The notes: a model not told the origin generated them from the letters alone. DNA of 64,000 bases from Escherichia coli (GCF_013315695.1 NZ_CP054353.1), one strand, 5' to 3'; positions 1 to 9,656 are shown, counted from the first letter of the stretch. A program made the numbers and translations.

Positions 1-309
1 TATCCGCAGGGGATTTTTCCGGTACTGGCAGCGTCCGGCGTTTGGGTAGCCTGTTTGCTGACATGGGCGGTAATTCCGGTAGCACTGGCTGCGTTAATTA
101 AGAATGGCCCGCTCTGGCAGGAGTTAAGGGCATCTTTGCTGAAGACAATTACCCGAAAAGAAAACGTATTTACCAGTTGGGTGATGCGATTGCTGATTGT
201 TGTAAGTCTCGCCTGGACGGGGTGGGCTATTACCCTGGTCTTTTATCTACTGACCGTTATTGCCTTCTGGATCACCCGTAATCAGATGGCGCAACAGGTA
301 GCAGCATGA
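1..309 (+). CDS. lysA: LysA-like lysis accessory membrane protein, 5' end outside window
   Basis: Open frame runs from position 1 without stop; hydrophobic segments; sits immediately upstream of lysB as in P2. Confidence 0.45.
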   Translation, partial: YPQGIFPVLAASGVWVACLLTWAVIPVALAALIKNGPLWQELRASLLKTITRKENVFTSWVMRLLIVVSLAWTGWAITLVFYLLTVIAFWITRNQMAQQVAA

Positions 310-734
310 ACCGGTTGCTGCTGGTTGTGCTGACGTTATTACTGGCGGCGCTGGGCTGGCAGACGTGGCGGCTGGCTGATGCCAGCCAGACCATCAGCAC
401 GCAGGCAGACGAGCTGCAGAGCAAAAGCCAGGCACTGGCAAAGAGCAATAGCCAGCTTATCAGCCTGTCCATTCTGACTGAAACCAATAACCGGGAGCAG
501 GCGCGGCTCTATGCCGAAGCAGAACAGACCAGCACGCTGCTGAGACAACGACAACACCGGATCGAGGAACTGAAACGTGAGAACGAGGATTTACGCCGCT
601 GGGCTGATACTCCTTTGCCTGCTGACATTATCCGGCTGCGGAAACGTCCGGCACTCACCGGAGGTATGGCTTACCGTCAGTGGTTGTCCGCGAGTGACGC
701 CGTGTCGGCTGGATCAGGCAACGCCGCGCACTAA
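306..734 (+). CDS. lysB: LysB, Rz-like inner-membrane spanin
   Basis: 142 aa, N-terminal TM helix then coiled-coil-like charged region; position between lysA and R. Confidence 0.55.
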   Translation: MNRLLLVVLTLLLAALGWQTWRLADASQTISTQADELQSKSQALAKSNSQLISLSILTETNNREQARLYAEAEQTSTLLRQRQHRIEELKRENEDLRRWADTPLPADIIRLRKRPALTGGMAYRQWLSASDAVSAGSGNAAH

Positions 735-867
735 CGGTGATCTGAACGCGTTGCTGGATGAAACGGAGGCCGCCTGGGCGGTCTGTGCAGACAAAGTGGA
801 CATGATTATTGCGTGTCAGGAGCGAAACAGTGAACAAACCACAATCCCTGCGCCACGCCCTCAATAA
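577..867 (+). CDS. lysC: LysC, Rz1-like outer-membrane lipoprotein spanin overlapping lysB out of frame
   Basis: 96 aa with lipobox LTLSGC; overlaps lysB 3' region in another frame as in Rz/Rz1 pairs. Confidence 0.5.
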   Translation: MRTRIYAAGLILLCLLTLSGCGNVRHSPEVWLTVSGCPRVTPCRLDQATPRTNGDLNALLDETEAAWAVCADKVDMIIACQERNSEQTTIPAPRPQ

Positions 868-1261
868 AGCGGTGCCTTATGTCCGCAATAACCCGGACAA
901 ACTGCATCTGTTTGTGGATAACGGTTCGCTGGTTGCCACGGGGGCCAGCTCCATGTCGTGGGAGTACCGTTACACACTGAACGCGGTGATTGAGGATTTC
1001 AGCGGCGACCAGAATCTGCTGATGGCCCCGGTTTTGCTGTGGCTGAGGGATAACCAGCCCGATGCCATCAATAACCCGGCGTTACGGGAAAAGCTATTCA
1101 CCTTTGAGGTGGATATTCTGCGCAACGATGTCTGTGATATCAGCCTGAACCTGCAACTGACGGAACGTGTGCTGGTCAGCACTGACGGCAGTGTGTCGAG
1201 CGTTGAAGCTATAGCGGAACCTGATGCACCTGAAGAAATGTGGACGGTGAAACGTGGCTGA
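830..1261 (+). CDS. R: Tail completion protein R
   Basis: Resemblance to P2 gpR as recalled; GTG start at 830 preceded by AGGAG (ORF track extends to 809). Confidence 0.65.
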   Translation: MNKPQSLRHALNKAVPYVRNNPDKLHLFVDNGSLVATGASSMSWEYRYTLNAVIEDFSGDQNLLMAPVLLWLRDNQPDAINNPALREKLFTFEVDILRNDVCDISLNLQLTERVLVSTDGSVSSVEAIAEPDAPEEMWTVKRG

Positions 1262-1700
1262 ACTGCAGAAGGTGGACGACTGGCTGAGTGCCTTGCTGGC
1301 GAATCTGGAACCAGCCTCGAGAAGCCGCATGATGCGCCAGCTGGCGCAGGAACTTCGCCGGACACAGCAGCAGAATATCAGGATGCAGCGCAACCCTGAC
1401 GGCAGCAGCTATGAACCGCGACGGGTAACAGCACGCAGTAAAAAAGGCCGTATCAAACGTCAGATGTTTGCAAAGCTGCGCACCACAAAATACCTGAAAA
1501 CTGCCGCCAGCACCGACTCTGCCAGCGTGCAGTTTGAAGGCAAGGTGCAGCGCATTGCCCGCGTTCACCATTACGGCCTGCGAGATCGCGTCAGTCGTAA
1601 GGGACCGGAGGTGCGTTACGCAGAGCGTCGCCTTCTGGGTGTAAATGATGATGTTGAGGCAATGACCCGCGACATGATTCTGCAATGGCTGGCGGGGTGA
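1254..1700 (+). CDS. S: Tail completion protein S
   Basis: 148 aa, position and size match P2 gpS; GTG start overlapping R stop. Confidence 0.65.
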   Translation: MAELQKVDDWLSALLANLEPASRSRMMRQLAQELRRTQQQNIRMQRNPDGSSYEPRRVTARSKKGRIKRQMFAKLRTTKYLKTAASTDSASVQFEGKVQRIARVHHYGLRDRVSRKGPEVRYAERRLLGVNDDVEAMTRDMILQWLAG

Positions 1701-1704
1701 TCTT

Positions 1705-1722
1705 TGTATCAGCACTGATACA
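1705..1722 (+). promoter_or_regulatory. Ogr-dependent late promoter element TGT-N12-ACA upstream of V
   Basis: tgtatcagcactgataca read directly; matches P2/P4 late-promoter activator site consensus. Confidence 0.45.
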
Positions 1723-1768
1723 AGTTGCAGCACTGCCGCCTTTCTTCCCCTGATGGCAACCTTTCCCT

Positions 1769-2347
1769 ATGAACGCACAATTAACCGAAATCATGCGCCT
1801 TATCACCAACCTAATCCGCACAGGGGTAGTCACCGAAGTGGACAGGGAAAACTGGCTTTGCCGGGTGAAAACGGGCGAGCTTGAAACCAACTGGATCAGC
1901 TGGCTGACGCTGCGTGCCGGGAATGCCCGTACATGGTGGCGACCATCGGAAGGTGAGCAGGTGGTGCTGCTGAGTCTGGGCGGCAATCTGGACACCGCCT
2001 TTGCGCTGCCCGCTGTCTATTCGAATCAGTTCGCACCACCGTCGACGTCGGCGGACGCCTGCGTGACAGAACATCCTGACGGTGGCTGGTTTGAATACGA
2101 ACCCGCCACCGGGCGCTGGTATGTCAGGGGCATCAAATCAATGGTCATTGAGGCTGCTGACAACATCACCATGAAAACCAGTGAGTTTGTACTGGAGGCT
2201 GACCGCACACGCATTAACAGCGAAGTGGTGATCAATGGTGGCGTTACCCAGGGCGGCGGAGCGATGAGTTCTAACGGGATCGTGGTTGATGCGCATCAGC
2301 ATACTGGCGTCCTGAAAGGCGGCGATACAACCGGAGGCCCGGTATGA
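1769..2347 (+). CDS. V: Baseplate assembly/spike protein V
   Basis: 192 aa; size and position match P2 gpV. Confidence 0.75.
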   Translation: MNAQLTEIMRLITNLIRTGVVTEVDRENWLCRVKTGELETNWISWLTLRAGNARTWWRPSEGEQVVLLSLGGNLDTAFALPAVYSNQFAPPSTSADACVTEHPDGGWFEYEPATGRWYVRGIKSMVIEAADNITMKTSEFVLEADRTRINSEVVINGGVTQGGGAMSSNGIVVDAHQHTGVLKGGDTTGGPV

Positions 2348-2703
2348 CGCTTTATAGCGGGATGAACAATACCAGCGGCAAAGTCATTACTGATATTGAT
2401 CATCTGCGCCAGTCGGTGCGGGACATTCTGCTGACACCGCAGGGTAGCCGTATTGCCCGCCGGGAATATGGTTCCCTGCTGTCGGCACTGATAGATCAGC
2501 CACAAAATCCGGCATTACGCCTGCAGGTCATGTCGGCAGTGTATGTGGCGCTGAGTCGCTGGGAGCCACGGTTGACGCTGGATTCCATCACCATCAACAG
2601 CAATTTTGACGGTTCAATGGTGGTGGAGCTGACCGGGCGGCGGAATAACGGTGTGCCTGTGTCCCTTTCCGTATCAACAGGAGCAGAGAATGGCAGTGAT
2701 TGA
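2344..2703 (+). CDS. W: Baseplate protein W (gp25-like)
   Basis: 119 aa; size and position match P2 gpW; start overlaps V stop. Confidence 0.75.
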   Translation: MTLYSGMNNTSGKVITDIDHLRQSVRDILLTPQGSRIARREYGSLLSALIDQPQNPALRLQVMSAVYVALSRWEPRLTLDSITINSNFDGSMVVELTGRRNNGVPVSLSVSTGAENGSD

Positions 2704-3598
2704 CCTTTCGCAGTTGCCTGCACCGCAGATTGTGGATGTGCCGGACTTTGAGACGCTGCTTGCCGAACGCAAGGCAGAATTTGTGGCGCTTCATCCGAAA
2801 GATGAACAGGAAGCAGTGATCCGCACGCTGGAACTGGAATCTGAACCCGCCACTAAATTGTTGCAGGAGAACGCTTACCGTGAGTTGCTTCTGCGCCAGC
2901 GCATTAACGAAGCCGCGCAGGCGGTGATGGTGGCTTACGCGATGGGCGGCGATCTTGACCAGCTCGCTGCCAACTACAACGTGACACGCCTGACGGTGAC
3001 GCCTGCTGATAATGATGCTGTGCCGCCCGTTGCAGCTGTGATGGAAAGCGATGAAGCGTTGCGCCTGCGTGTGCCTGCAGCCTTTGAAGGGCTTTCTGTT
3101 GCGGGGCCAACTGCAGCTTATGAATTTCATGCCCGAAGCGCCGACGGTCGGGTGGCGGATGCCAGTGCAACCAGCACGGCACCTGCAGAGGTGGTGCTGA
3201 CTGTCCTTAGCCGCGAAGGCGATGGAACTGCAGAAAAAGACCTGCTGGACGTGGTGGAAAAAGCTCTGAACAGTGAGAACGTCCGCCCGGTGGCTGACCG
3301 TCTTACGGTTCGCAGCGCAGAAATCATCCCGTATCGCGTGGAAGCCACCATTTTTCTCTATCCGGGACCGGAAGCAGAGCCGGTAATGGCAGCGGCAAAA
3401 GCCAGTCTGCAGAAGTACATTGCCAGCCAGACGCGTCTTGGTCGGGATATTCGCCGTAGCGCCATCTTTGCTGCTCTGCATGTTGAGGGTGTTCAACGTG
3501 TGGAACTGGCTTCTCCGCTGGCGGATGTGGTCCTGAACAAAACACAGGCGGCATCATGTACGCAGTGGAGCGTAACCAACGGAGGAACGGATGAATAG
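2690..3598 (+). CDS. J: Baseplate wedge protein J
   Basis: 302 aa from ATG at 2690 with AGGAG upstream (track ORF starts 2651); P2 gpJ-like. Confidence 0.75.
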   Translation: MAVIDLSQLPAPQIVDVPDFETLLAERKAEFVALHPKDEQEAVIRTLELESEPATKLLQENAYRELLLRQRINEAAQAVMVAYAMGGDLDQLAANYNVTRLTVTPADNDAVPPVAAVMESDEALRLRVPAAFEGLSVAGPTAAYEFHARSADGRVADASATSTAPAEVVLTVLSREGDGTAEKDLLDVVEKALNSENVRPVADRLTVRSAEIIPYRVEATIFLYPGPEAEPVMAAAKASLQKYIASQTRLGRDIRRSAIFAALHVEGVQRVELASPLADVVLNKTQAASCTQWSVTNGGTDE

Positions 3599-4196
3599 TC
3601 TGCTGCCACCGGGTTCAACTTCACTGGAGCGCCGACTGGCGCAAACCTGTAGCGGGATTTCTGATTTGCAGGTGCCGCTGCGTGACTTGTGGAATCCGGC
3701 TACCTGTCCGGTCAGCTTCCTGCCTTATCTCGCCTGGGCGTTCTCTGTGGATCGCTGGGACGAGGGCTGGACAGAAAGCGTCAAACGCCAGGTAGTGAAG
3801 GATGCTTTTTATATTCATCAGCATAAAGGAACCACCAGTGCCGTACGGCGAGTGGTGGAACCGTTCGGATTCCTGATCCGCATTATTGAGTGGTGGCAGA
3901 CCGGAGAAACACCGGGCACGTTTCGCCTGGATATCGGCGTGCAGGACCAGGGCATCACTGAAGATACCTATCTGGAACTTGAGCGACTGATAAGCGATGC
4001 CAAACCATGTAGCCGCCACATGATCGGCATGTCCATCAATCTGCAGACCAGCGGCCCGCATTGGGTGGGAGCCGCCAGCTATCTTGGCGAAGAAATCACG
4101 ATCTATCCGTATATCAACGAAACGATTATTTCCGGTGGCACCGCGCATGAAGGCGGGGCGGTCCATGTTATTGACACAATGAGAGTGAATCCATGA
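3591..4196 (+). CDS. I: Baseplate protein I
   Basis: 201 aa; position between J and H. Confidence 0.7.
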   Translation: MNSLLPPGSTSLERRLAQTCSGISDLQVPLRDLWNPATCPVSFLPYLAWAFSVDRWDEGWTESVKRQVVKDAFYIHQHKGTTSAVRRVVEPFGFLIRIIEWWQTGETPGTFRLDIGVQDQGITEDTYLELERLISDAKPCSRHMIGMSINLQTSGPHWVGAASYLGEEITIYPYINETIISGGTAHEGGAVHVIDTMRVNP

Positions 4197-5314
4197 GCAC
4201 AAAATTTTATACCCTGCTGACGGATATTGGCGCGGCGAAACTTGCCAGCGCCGCCGCGCTCGGTGTGCCGCTAAAAATTACCCATATGGCGGTGGGCGAT
4301 GGCGGTGGAGTATTGCCAACGCCGGACGCAAAGCAGACGGCACTGGTAAATGAGAAACGCCGGGCTGCGCTGAATATGCTTTATATCGACCCGCAGAACA
4401 GCAGCCAGATTATTGCCGAACAGGTGATCCCTGAAAACGAGGGCGGTTGGTGGATACGTGAAGTGGGCTTGTTTGATGAGTCCGGGGCATTGATTGCCGT
4501 GGGCAACTGCCCGGAAAGCTATAAGCCGCAACTGGCTGAAGGTAGCGGGCGCACTCAGACCGTGCGCATGGTGCTGATTACCAGCAGCACGGACAATATC
4601 ACCCTGAAAATCGACCCTGCTGTAGTGCTGGCAACCCGCAAGTATGTGGATGACAAGGCACTGGAGCTGAAGGTGTACGCAGATGATCAGATGGCAAAAC
4701 ATCTTGCCGCACCGGACCCGCATTCACAGTACGCGCCAAAAGCCAGCCCGACATTTACCGGAACCCCCAAAGCGCCAACGCCAGCGGCGGGGAATAATAC
4801 CACGCAGGTTGCGACCACTGCGTTTGTACAGGCGGCACTGACGGCCCTTATTAATGGTGCGCCAGCCACGCTGGACACGCTGAAAGAAATAGCCGCAGCC
4901 ATTAACAATGATCCGAATTTCAGTACCACCATTAACAATGCGCTGGCACTAAAAGCGCCACTGTCGAGTCCGGCACTCACCGGAACGCCAACAGCACCTA
5001 CTGCGGCACAGTCGGTCAACAATACACAGATTGCCACTACAGCTTTTGTGAAATCAGCGATTGCAGCAATGGTGGGTTCTGCACCCGCGGCACTGGATAC
5101 ACTGAACGAACTGGCGGCGGCACTGGGGAATGATCCGAACTTTGCCACGACAATGCTTAATGCGCTGGCAGGTAAACAACCGCTGGACAATACGCTGACT
5201 AATTTGAGTGGAAAGGATGTAGCTGGTCTTCTCGCATACCTTGGTTTGGGAGAAGGCGGCAAAACTGGGTGTGCCTGTTCCAGGGGCCTTCAGATACCGG
5301 ACAACAGGCTTTGA
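4193..5314 (+). CDS. H: Tail fibre protein H, conserved N-terminal/shaft part; ends 19 codons after the inversion crossover site
   Basis: N-terminus MSTKFYTLLTDIGAAKLA...MAVGDGGG and repeats TGTPxAPT / ALDTLNELAAALGNDPNF resemble P2 gpH; 373 aa versus about 669 aa for P2 H. Confidence 0.7.
   Translation: MSTKFYTLLTDIGAAKLASAAALGVPLKITHMAVGDGGGVLPTPDAKQTALVNEKRRAALNMLYIDPQNSSQIIAEQVIPENEGGWWIREVGLFDESGALIAVGNCPESYKPQLAEGSGRTQTVRMVLITSSTDNITLKIDPAVVLATRKYVDDKALELKVYADDQMAKHLAAPDPHSQYAPKASPTFTGTPKAPTPAAGNNTTQVATTAFVQAALTALINGAPATLDTLKEIAAAINNDPNFSTTINNALALKAPLSSPALTGTPTAPTAAQSVNNTQIATTAFVKSAIAAMVGSAPAALDTLNELAAALGNDPNFATTMLNALAGKQPLDNTLTNLSGKDVAGLLAYLGLGEGGKTGCACSRGLQIPDNRL
5229..5254. repeat. 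Left crossover site of invertible segment (hix/gix-like 26 bp)
   Basis: ttctcgcatacc-tt-ggtttgggagaa; half-sites inverted; lies inside H coding frame (LAYLGLGE). Confidence 0.6.
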
Positions 5315-5668
5315 AATGCAAGTGGTGATGGATGGATGAAATTACCCGGAACTGGAAAATCCTGCAAAATGGTCGTGGTGATTTACGCCGAGTTTATCGA
5401 CGCTGGGATGAGAATTACATTGATTAGGCATCGTGTTTTATTGAGTAAGGCCGGACTGCGGAAAAGCACCGTCATCCTGGTGATGGCGGTGCGACTTCAA
5501 AAGCGCTGGGGGAACTGGCGATGATCTTCAGAAGGCCCAACGTTAACAGGGGGCTTTATGCCGCTGCTTACAGAACGTCATCCAACCAGCGACACGGTAT
5601 CGATGAACGACAGTTGGTGGGCTGTTGGCGGGAGTAATTTTATCCAGGGTGATTTATATTGAACGAAT

Positions 5669-5914
5669 ATGTTTATAGCTGCAATGGATAACGCCGTATT
5701 TTCCCGAGGATACCACGATTGCGGGGAATATATAAATCATAGGGATGGGATTGGTGAGACGCGGGAATATATTTCTGCATCAACTCAAAATATTTGCAGT
5801 GGGAGTTTCGGTATTGAACCGCCACAAGGACGCTCCGGTACATCTAAGGCTGGAGATGATTTGCTGTTCTGCGTGGAGAAAATCATGGGAATATGTGTCA
5901 GAAGAACTTATTGA
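5669..5914 (+). pseudogene. Tail fibre assembly (tfa)-like gene fragment, apparently frameshifted
   Basis: Translation MDNAVF...DGIGETREYISAS... shares protein-level similarity with a minus-strand copy near 6480-6680; ORF breaks after 81 aa and continues in another frame. Confidence 0.3.
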
Positions 5915-6436
5915 AATTACTGAATCAGAAAACACCGGAAACCAAGATGCCAACGAAATACAGAACAGGCGACTATCCCGAAAATACAGCCGCTATCGGT
6001 CGCCATGAACGATAAATGAACTGGCGCAATATAATTGACAGATACTGGATTATCTGGACGGTGGAACTGGTTGATTCCTCCAGCACAGCGCCAGTCATTG
6101 ATTGATGGCAATGGCCTCCGGCAGTCTGGCCAGATGAAACATCCGGCGCGGGACTGTAAACTGTTGCCGTCACCGAAACAATGTAATCCAGCGCAGCGTT
6201 AAGTTGGTTGACGCTGGTGACGGCAACAGATACCGTCCGGCCGGATGTCATCAGTTGAACTGCCTGAGGCGCAGGCCATTTGCATCAATCTGGTGACTGG
6301 GAGGAATCAACCAGTTCAGTGCGTCCAGATAATCCAGCCACAAATTACCCATTTTCGCCAGTTCCCATTTATCAGACGACGTTAGCGGCTTTACCGGGTG
6401 GTTGTATTTTCATGATATTCGCCTGGCTTGATTTAA

Positions 6437-6625
6437 TTAGTAGCTCTGTCTTTCTGATTCAGTTATAGACGATTTCACTTCGATGGTGGGTGGATGATTT
6501 TTAAATCCACAGAACGGCAAATTCATAACCAGCCTTACGGATTTTGAGCGTTGTGGCAGGTTCTGGAATAAACTCACTGCAAGATATTTTTGATGCAGAA
6601 ATATATTCCCGCGTCTCACCATCAT
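6437..6625 (-). pseudogene. Second tfa-like copy in opposite orientation, frameshifted
   Basis: 30-bp perfect inverted repeat with 5753-5782; conserved peptide ...YDGETREYISAS... lies in a different frame from the track ORF here. Confidence 0.3.
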
Positions 6626-6676
6626 AGTTATAGACGGTCAATATATCCACGCCTTCGTGGTAATGCCTTGCGCTAT

Positions 6677-7129
6677 TTAAACACGGCGTCGTTCATTAAT
6701 GCAGCCCTGACGATAAGTTAAACCAACAGCCCACGGGTTGTAATTCGCCGATACCGATGTCGCTGGTGAATGACGTTCGGTGATGGGATCAGAATTAAAG
6801 CCGGTTAACCCCCTGGGCCTTCGTGCAGTCATCACGAATTGTCGCCCAGCGCCCATTCCTCTTTGAGCCATCACCCAGAATGAGTACAGGATGACGGTGC
6901 TTTTCCAGCATTTTGGGGAAAGGGATGCTAAAAACACGTCCTCATTGTTACCGCGATAATGTCGGCGTAACCGCGAATAACGACCGCATAAATCAGGTAA
7001 TTTATTTGTTGGATAATTGCCAGTTCCATCCATCAAAATGCCGCACCGTTGCAAAAGCCAGCCTGTCCGGTATCTGAAGGCCATGGAACAGTCACACCAT
7101 CCCGTTTTGCAGAGCTTCTCCCAAACCAA
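6677..7129 (-). other. 150-codon open frame reading inward from right crossover site; status uncertain
   Basis: Long stop-free frame, +1 relative to the H continuation frame; W/R/C-rich translation. Confidence 0.2.
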
Positions 7130-7141
7130 CGTTTATGAAAA
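7116..7141. repeat. Right crossover site of invertible segment
   Basis: ttctcccaaacc-aa-cgtttatgaaaa; inverted relative to left site (core TT versus AA). Confidence 0.6.
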
Positions 7142-7196
7142 TGCAGAGATAATGGCTAACTGGCATCATCCCCGGTTTTTATTCAGGGGGATGATC

Positions 7197-7763
7197 ATGC
7201 TTATTGGCTATGTACGCGTGTCAACAAATGACCAGAACACCGATTTGCAACGTAATGCACTGAACTGCGCGGGATGTGAGCGGATTTTTGAGGATAAAAT
7301 CAGTGGCACTAAGTCCGACAGACCAGGGTTGAAAAAACTGCTCAGGACACTATCGGCAGGAGACACGCTGGTTGTCTGGAAGCTGGACAGGTTGGGGCGC
7401 AGTATGCGGCATCTTGTTACGCTGATAGAAGAGTTGCGTCAGCGAGGCGTGAATTTCCGAAGCCTGACTGACAGTATTGATACCAGCACCCCAATGGGCC
7501 GTTTCTTTTTTCATGTCATGGGTGCCCTGGCTGAAATGGAACGCGAACTGATAGTTGAACGTACCAGGGCAGGGCTGGCTGCAGCTCGTGCCAAAGGCAG
7601 AGTAGGTGGACGCCGTCCTAAGTTGACCACCGAACAGTGGGCACAGATTGGGCGTTTACTCGAGGCCGGAGAATCAAGACAGCGTATTGCACTGATTTTT
7701 GATGTAGGCGTTTCTACCATTTATAGAAAATTTCCGGCAAATAAGAGCAATGAATCTCCCTGA
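7197..7763 (+). CDS. pin: Serine DNA invertase, Pin/Gin/Cin/Hin family
   Basis: MLIGYVRVSTNDQNTDLQRNAL... with catalytic Ser in VRVST and C-terminal HTH; track ORF 7017-7763 over-extends upstream. Confidence 0.9.
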   Translation: MLIGYVRVSTNDQNTDLQRNALNCAGCERIFEDKISGTKSDRPGLKKLLRTLSAGDTLVVWKLDRLGRSMRHLVTLIEELRQRGVNFRSLTDSIDTSTPMGRFFFHVMGALAEMERELIVERTRAGLAAARAKGRVGGRRPKLTTEQWAQIGRLLEAGESRQRIALIFDVGVSTIYRKFPANKSNESP

Positions 7764-7810
7764 ATCAGCATTATTTTGATTATCCCTGCAGCAGACAAAT
7801 ACCGTCATTT

Positions 7811-7828
7811 TGTGTGAATAACGGTACA
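7811..7828 (+). promoter_or_regulatory. Ogr-dependent late promoter element TGT-N12-ACA upstream of FI
   Basis: tgtgtgaataacggtaca about 75 bp upstream of FI start. Confidence 0.45.
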
Positions 7829-7904
7829 ACTGCGCTTAGCTGTTTGTCAGGCACAATCACTTCAACATAGGGCGAAGCCTAATCCAATCAGGAGGTTCGC
7901 CACT

Positions 7905-9077
7905 ATGGCTCAGGATTACCACCATGGGGTGCGCGTTGTTGAAGTCAACGAAGGCACCCGATCCATTACCACGGTGAGCACCGCCATCGTGGGTATGGTC
8001 TGCACGGGCGACGATGCCGATGCAAAAATGTTTCCTCTTAATAAACCCGTGCTGATCACTGATGTGCTGACTGCCAGCGGTAAAGCGGGTGAGTCCGGCA
8101 CGCTGGCCCGTTCGCTGGACGCCATCGCTGACCAGGCAAAACCCGTGACCGTTGTTGTGCGTGTGCCGCAGGGTGAAACGGAAGAAGAAACCACAACCAA
8201 TATCATCGGCGCAGTGACCGCCGAGGGTAAAAAAACAGGCATGAAAGCCCTGCTATCTGCCCAGTCACAGCTCGGCGTTAAACCGCGCATTCTCGGCGTG
8301 CCAGGTCACGATAACAAAGCCGTTGCTACTGAGTTGCTGAGTGTGGCGCAAAGCCTGCGTGGGTTTGCCTACCTGTCAGCATATGGCTGCAAGACGGTAC
8401 AGGAGGCGATCACTTACCGTGAAAACTTCAGCCAGCGCGAAGGGATGCTGATCTGGCCTGACTTTACTGGCTGGGACACGGTGCTGAACGCCGAAGCAAT
8501 GGCATATGCCACCGCCCGTGCGCTTGGTCTGCGTGCCAAAATTGATGAGCAGACCGGGTGGCACAAAAGCCTGTCCAACGTGGGCGTGAACGGTGTCACC
8601 GGAATTTCTGCAGATGTGTTCTGGGATCTGCAGGACCCGGCAACCGATGCAGGTCTGCTGAACCAGAACGACGTCACCACGCTTGTGCGTAAAGACGGTT
8701 TCCGCTTCTGGGGTTCCCGCTGCCTGAGTGATAACCCGCTCTTTGCCTTCGAAAACTACACCCGCACGGCGCAGGTGCTGATGGACACGATGGCAGAAGC
8801 ACACATGTGGGCGGTGGATAAACCGCTTAACCCGTCGCTGGCCCGCGACATTATCGAAGGTATCCGCGCCAAAATGCGCAACCTGGTCAGTCAGGGCTAT
8901 CTCATTGGTGGTGATTGCTGGCTGGACGAGTCGGTGAACGACAAAGACACGCTTAAAGCCGGAAAACTCACCATCGACTACGACTACACGCCAGTGCCGC
9001 CACTTGAAAATCTGATGCTGCGCCAGCGCATCACCGATCAGTACCTGGTGAATTTCGCCAGCCAGGTCAGCGCGTAA
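7905..9077 (+). CDS. FI: Contractile tail sheath protein FI
   Basis: 390 aa; AGGAGG RBS; size and position match P2 FI. Confidence 0.85.
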   Translation: MAQDYHHGVRVVEVNEGTRSITTVSTAIVGMVCTGDDADAKMFPLNKPVLITDVLTASGKAGESGTLARSLDAIADQAKPVTVVVRVPQGETEEETTTNIIGAVTAEGKKTGMKALLSAQSQLGVKPRILGVPGHDNKAVATELLSVAQSLRGFAYLSAYGCKTVQEAITYRENFSQREGMLIWPDFTGWDTVLNAEAMAYATARALGLRAKIDEQTGWHKSLSNVGVNGVTGISADVFWDLQDPATDAGLLNQNDVTTLVRKDGFRFWGSRCLSDNPLFAFENYTRTAQVLMDTMAEAHMWAVDKPLNPSLARDIIEGIRAKMRNLVSQGYLIGGDCWLDESVNDKDTLKAGKLTIDYDYTPVPPLENLMLRQRITDQYLVNFASQVSA

Positions 9078-9086
9078 GGGGACAAC

Positions 9087-9602
9087 ATGGCTTTACCACG
9101 TAAATTAAAACATCTGAACTTGTTTAACGACGGGAACAACTGGCAGGGGATCGTTGAGTCGCTGACGCTGCCGAAATTCACCCGCAAATATGAGAAGTAT
9201 CGCGGCGGCGGTATGCCGGGGGCGGTGGATGTGGATCTGGGACTGGATGACAGTGCACTGGATACAGAATTTTCCATTGGTGGTACTGAACTGCTGCTGT
9301 TTAAGCAGATGGGCAAATCCACGGTGGATGGCATCCAGCTGCGCTTTACCGGCTCTATCCAGCGTGACGATACCGGGGAAGTGCAGGCCGTGGAGCTTGT
9401 CGTGCGTGGACGTCACAAAGAAGTGGATTCCGGCGAGTGGAAGACGGGCGAAAGCAACACCACCAAAGTGACCAGTACCAACAGCTACGCGAAGCTGACC
9501 ATCAATGGTGAGGTGCTCTATGAAGTGGACCTTATCAACATGGTGGAAATTGTGGACGGTGTGGACCTGATGGAAGCGCACCGCAACGCCCTCGGCCTCT
9601 GA
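9087..9602 (+). CDS. FII: Tail tube protein FII
   Basis: 171 aa immediately after sheath gene. Confidence 0.85.
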   Translation: MALPRKLKHLNLFNDGNNWQGIVESLTLPKFTRKYEKYRGGGMPGAVDVDLGLDDSALDTEFSIGGTELLLFKQMGKSTVDGIQLRFTGSIQRDDTGEVQAVELVVRGRHKEVDSGEWKTGESNTTKVTSTNSYAKLTINGEVLYEVDLINMVEIVDGVDLMEAHRNALGL

Positions 9603-9656
9603 TGTATCTGAACGGCGCGGAATGCCGCGCCAGAACCTAATTTACAGGACAACAAA

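Larger units (their letters stand above)
5229..7141. other. Invertible DNA segment (tail-fibre tip/tfa switch, G-/P-segment type), about 1.9 kb
   Basis: Flanked by inverted 26-bp sites plus about 75 bp of adjoining imperfect inverted homology; adjacent Pin-like invertase; internal two-fold symmetry. Confidence 0.6.

Noticed and set aside
5255-7115. Alternative idea that the invertible segment encodes a non-fibre phase-variable cargo (for example a switchable defence gene)
   Set aside because: The two-fold symmetric layout, continuity with the H frame at the crossover site and tfa-like peptides fit a fibre-tip switch; no intact non-fibre ORF is evident
7764-7904. Possible cargo gene in the slot between the fibre module and FI, where some P2 relatives carry Z/fun
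   Set aside because: Only about 140 bp, with a late-promoter element and RBS for FI; no ORF
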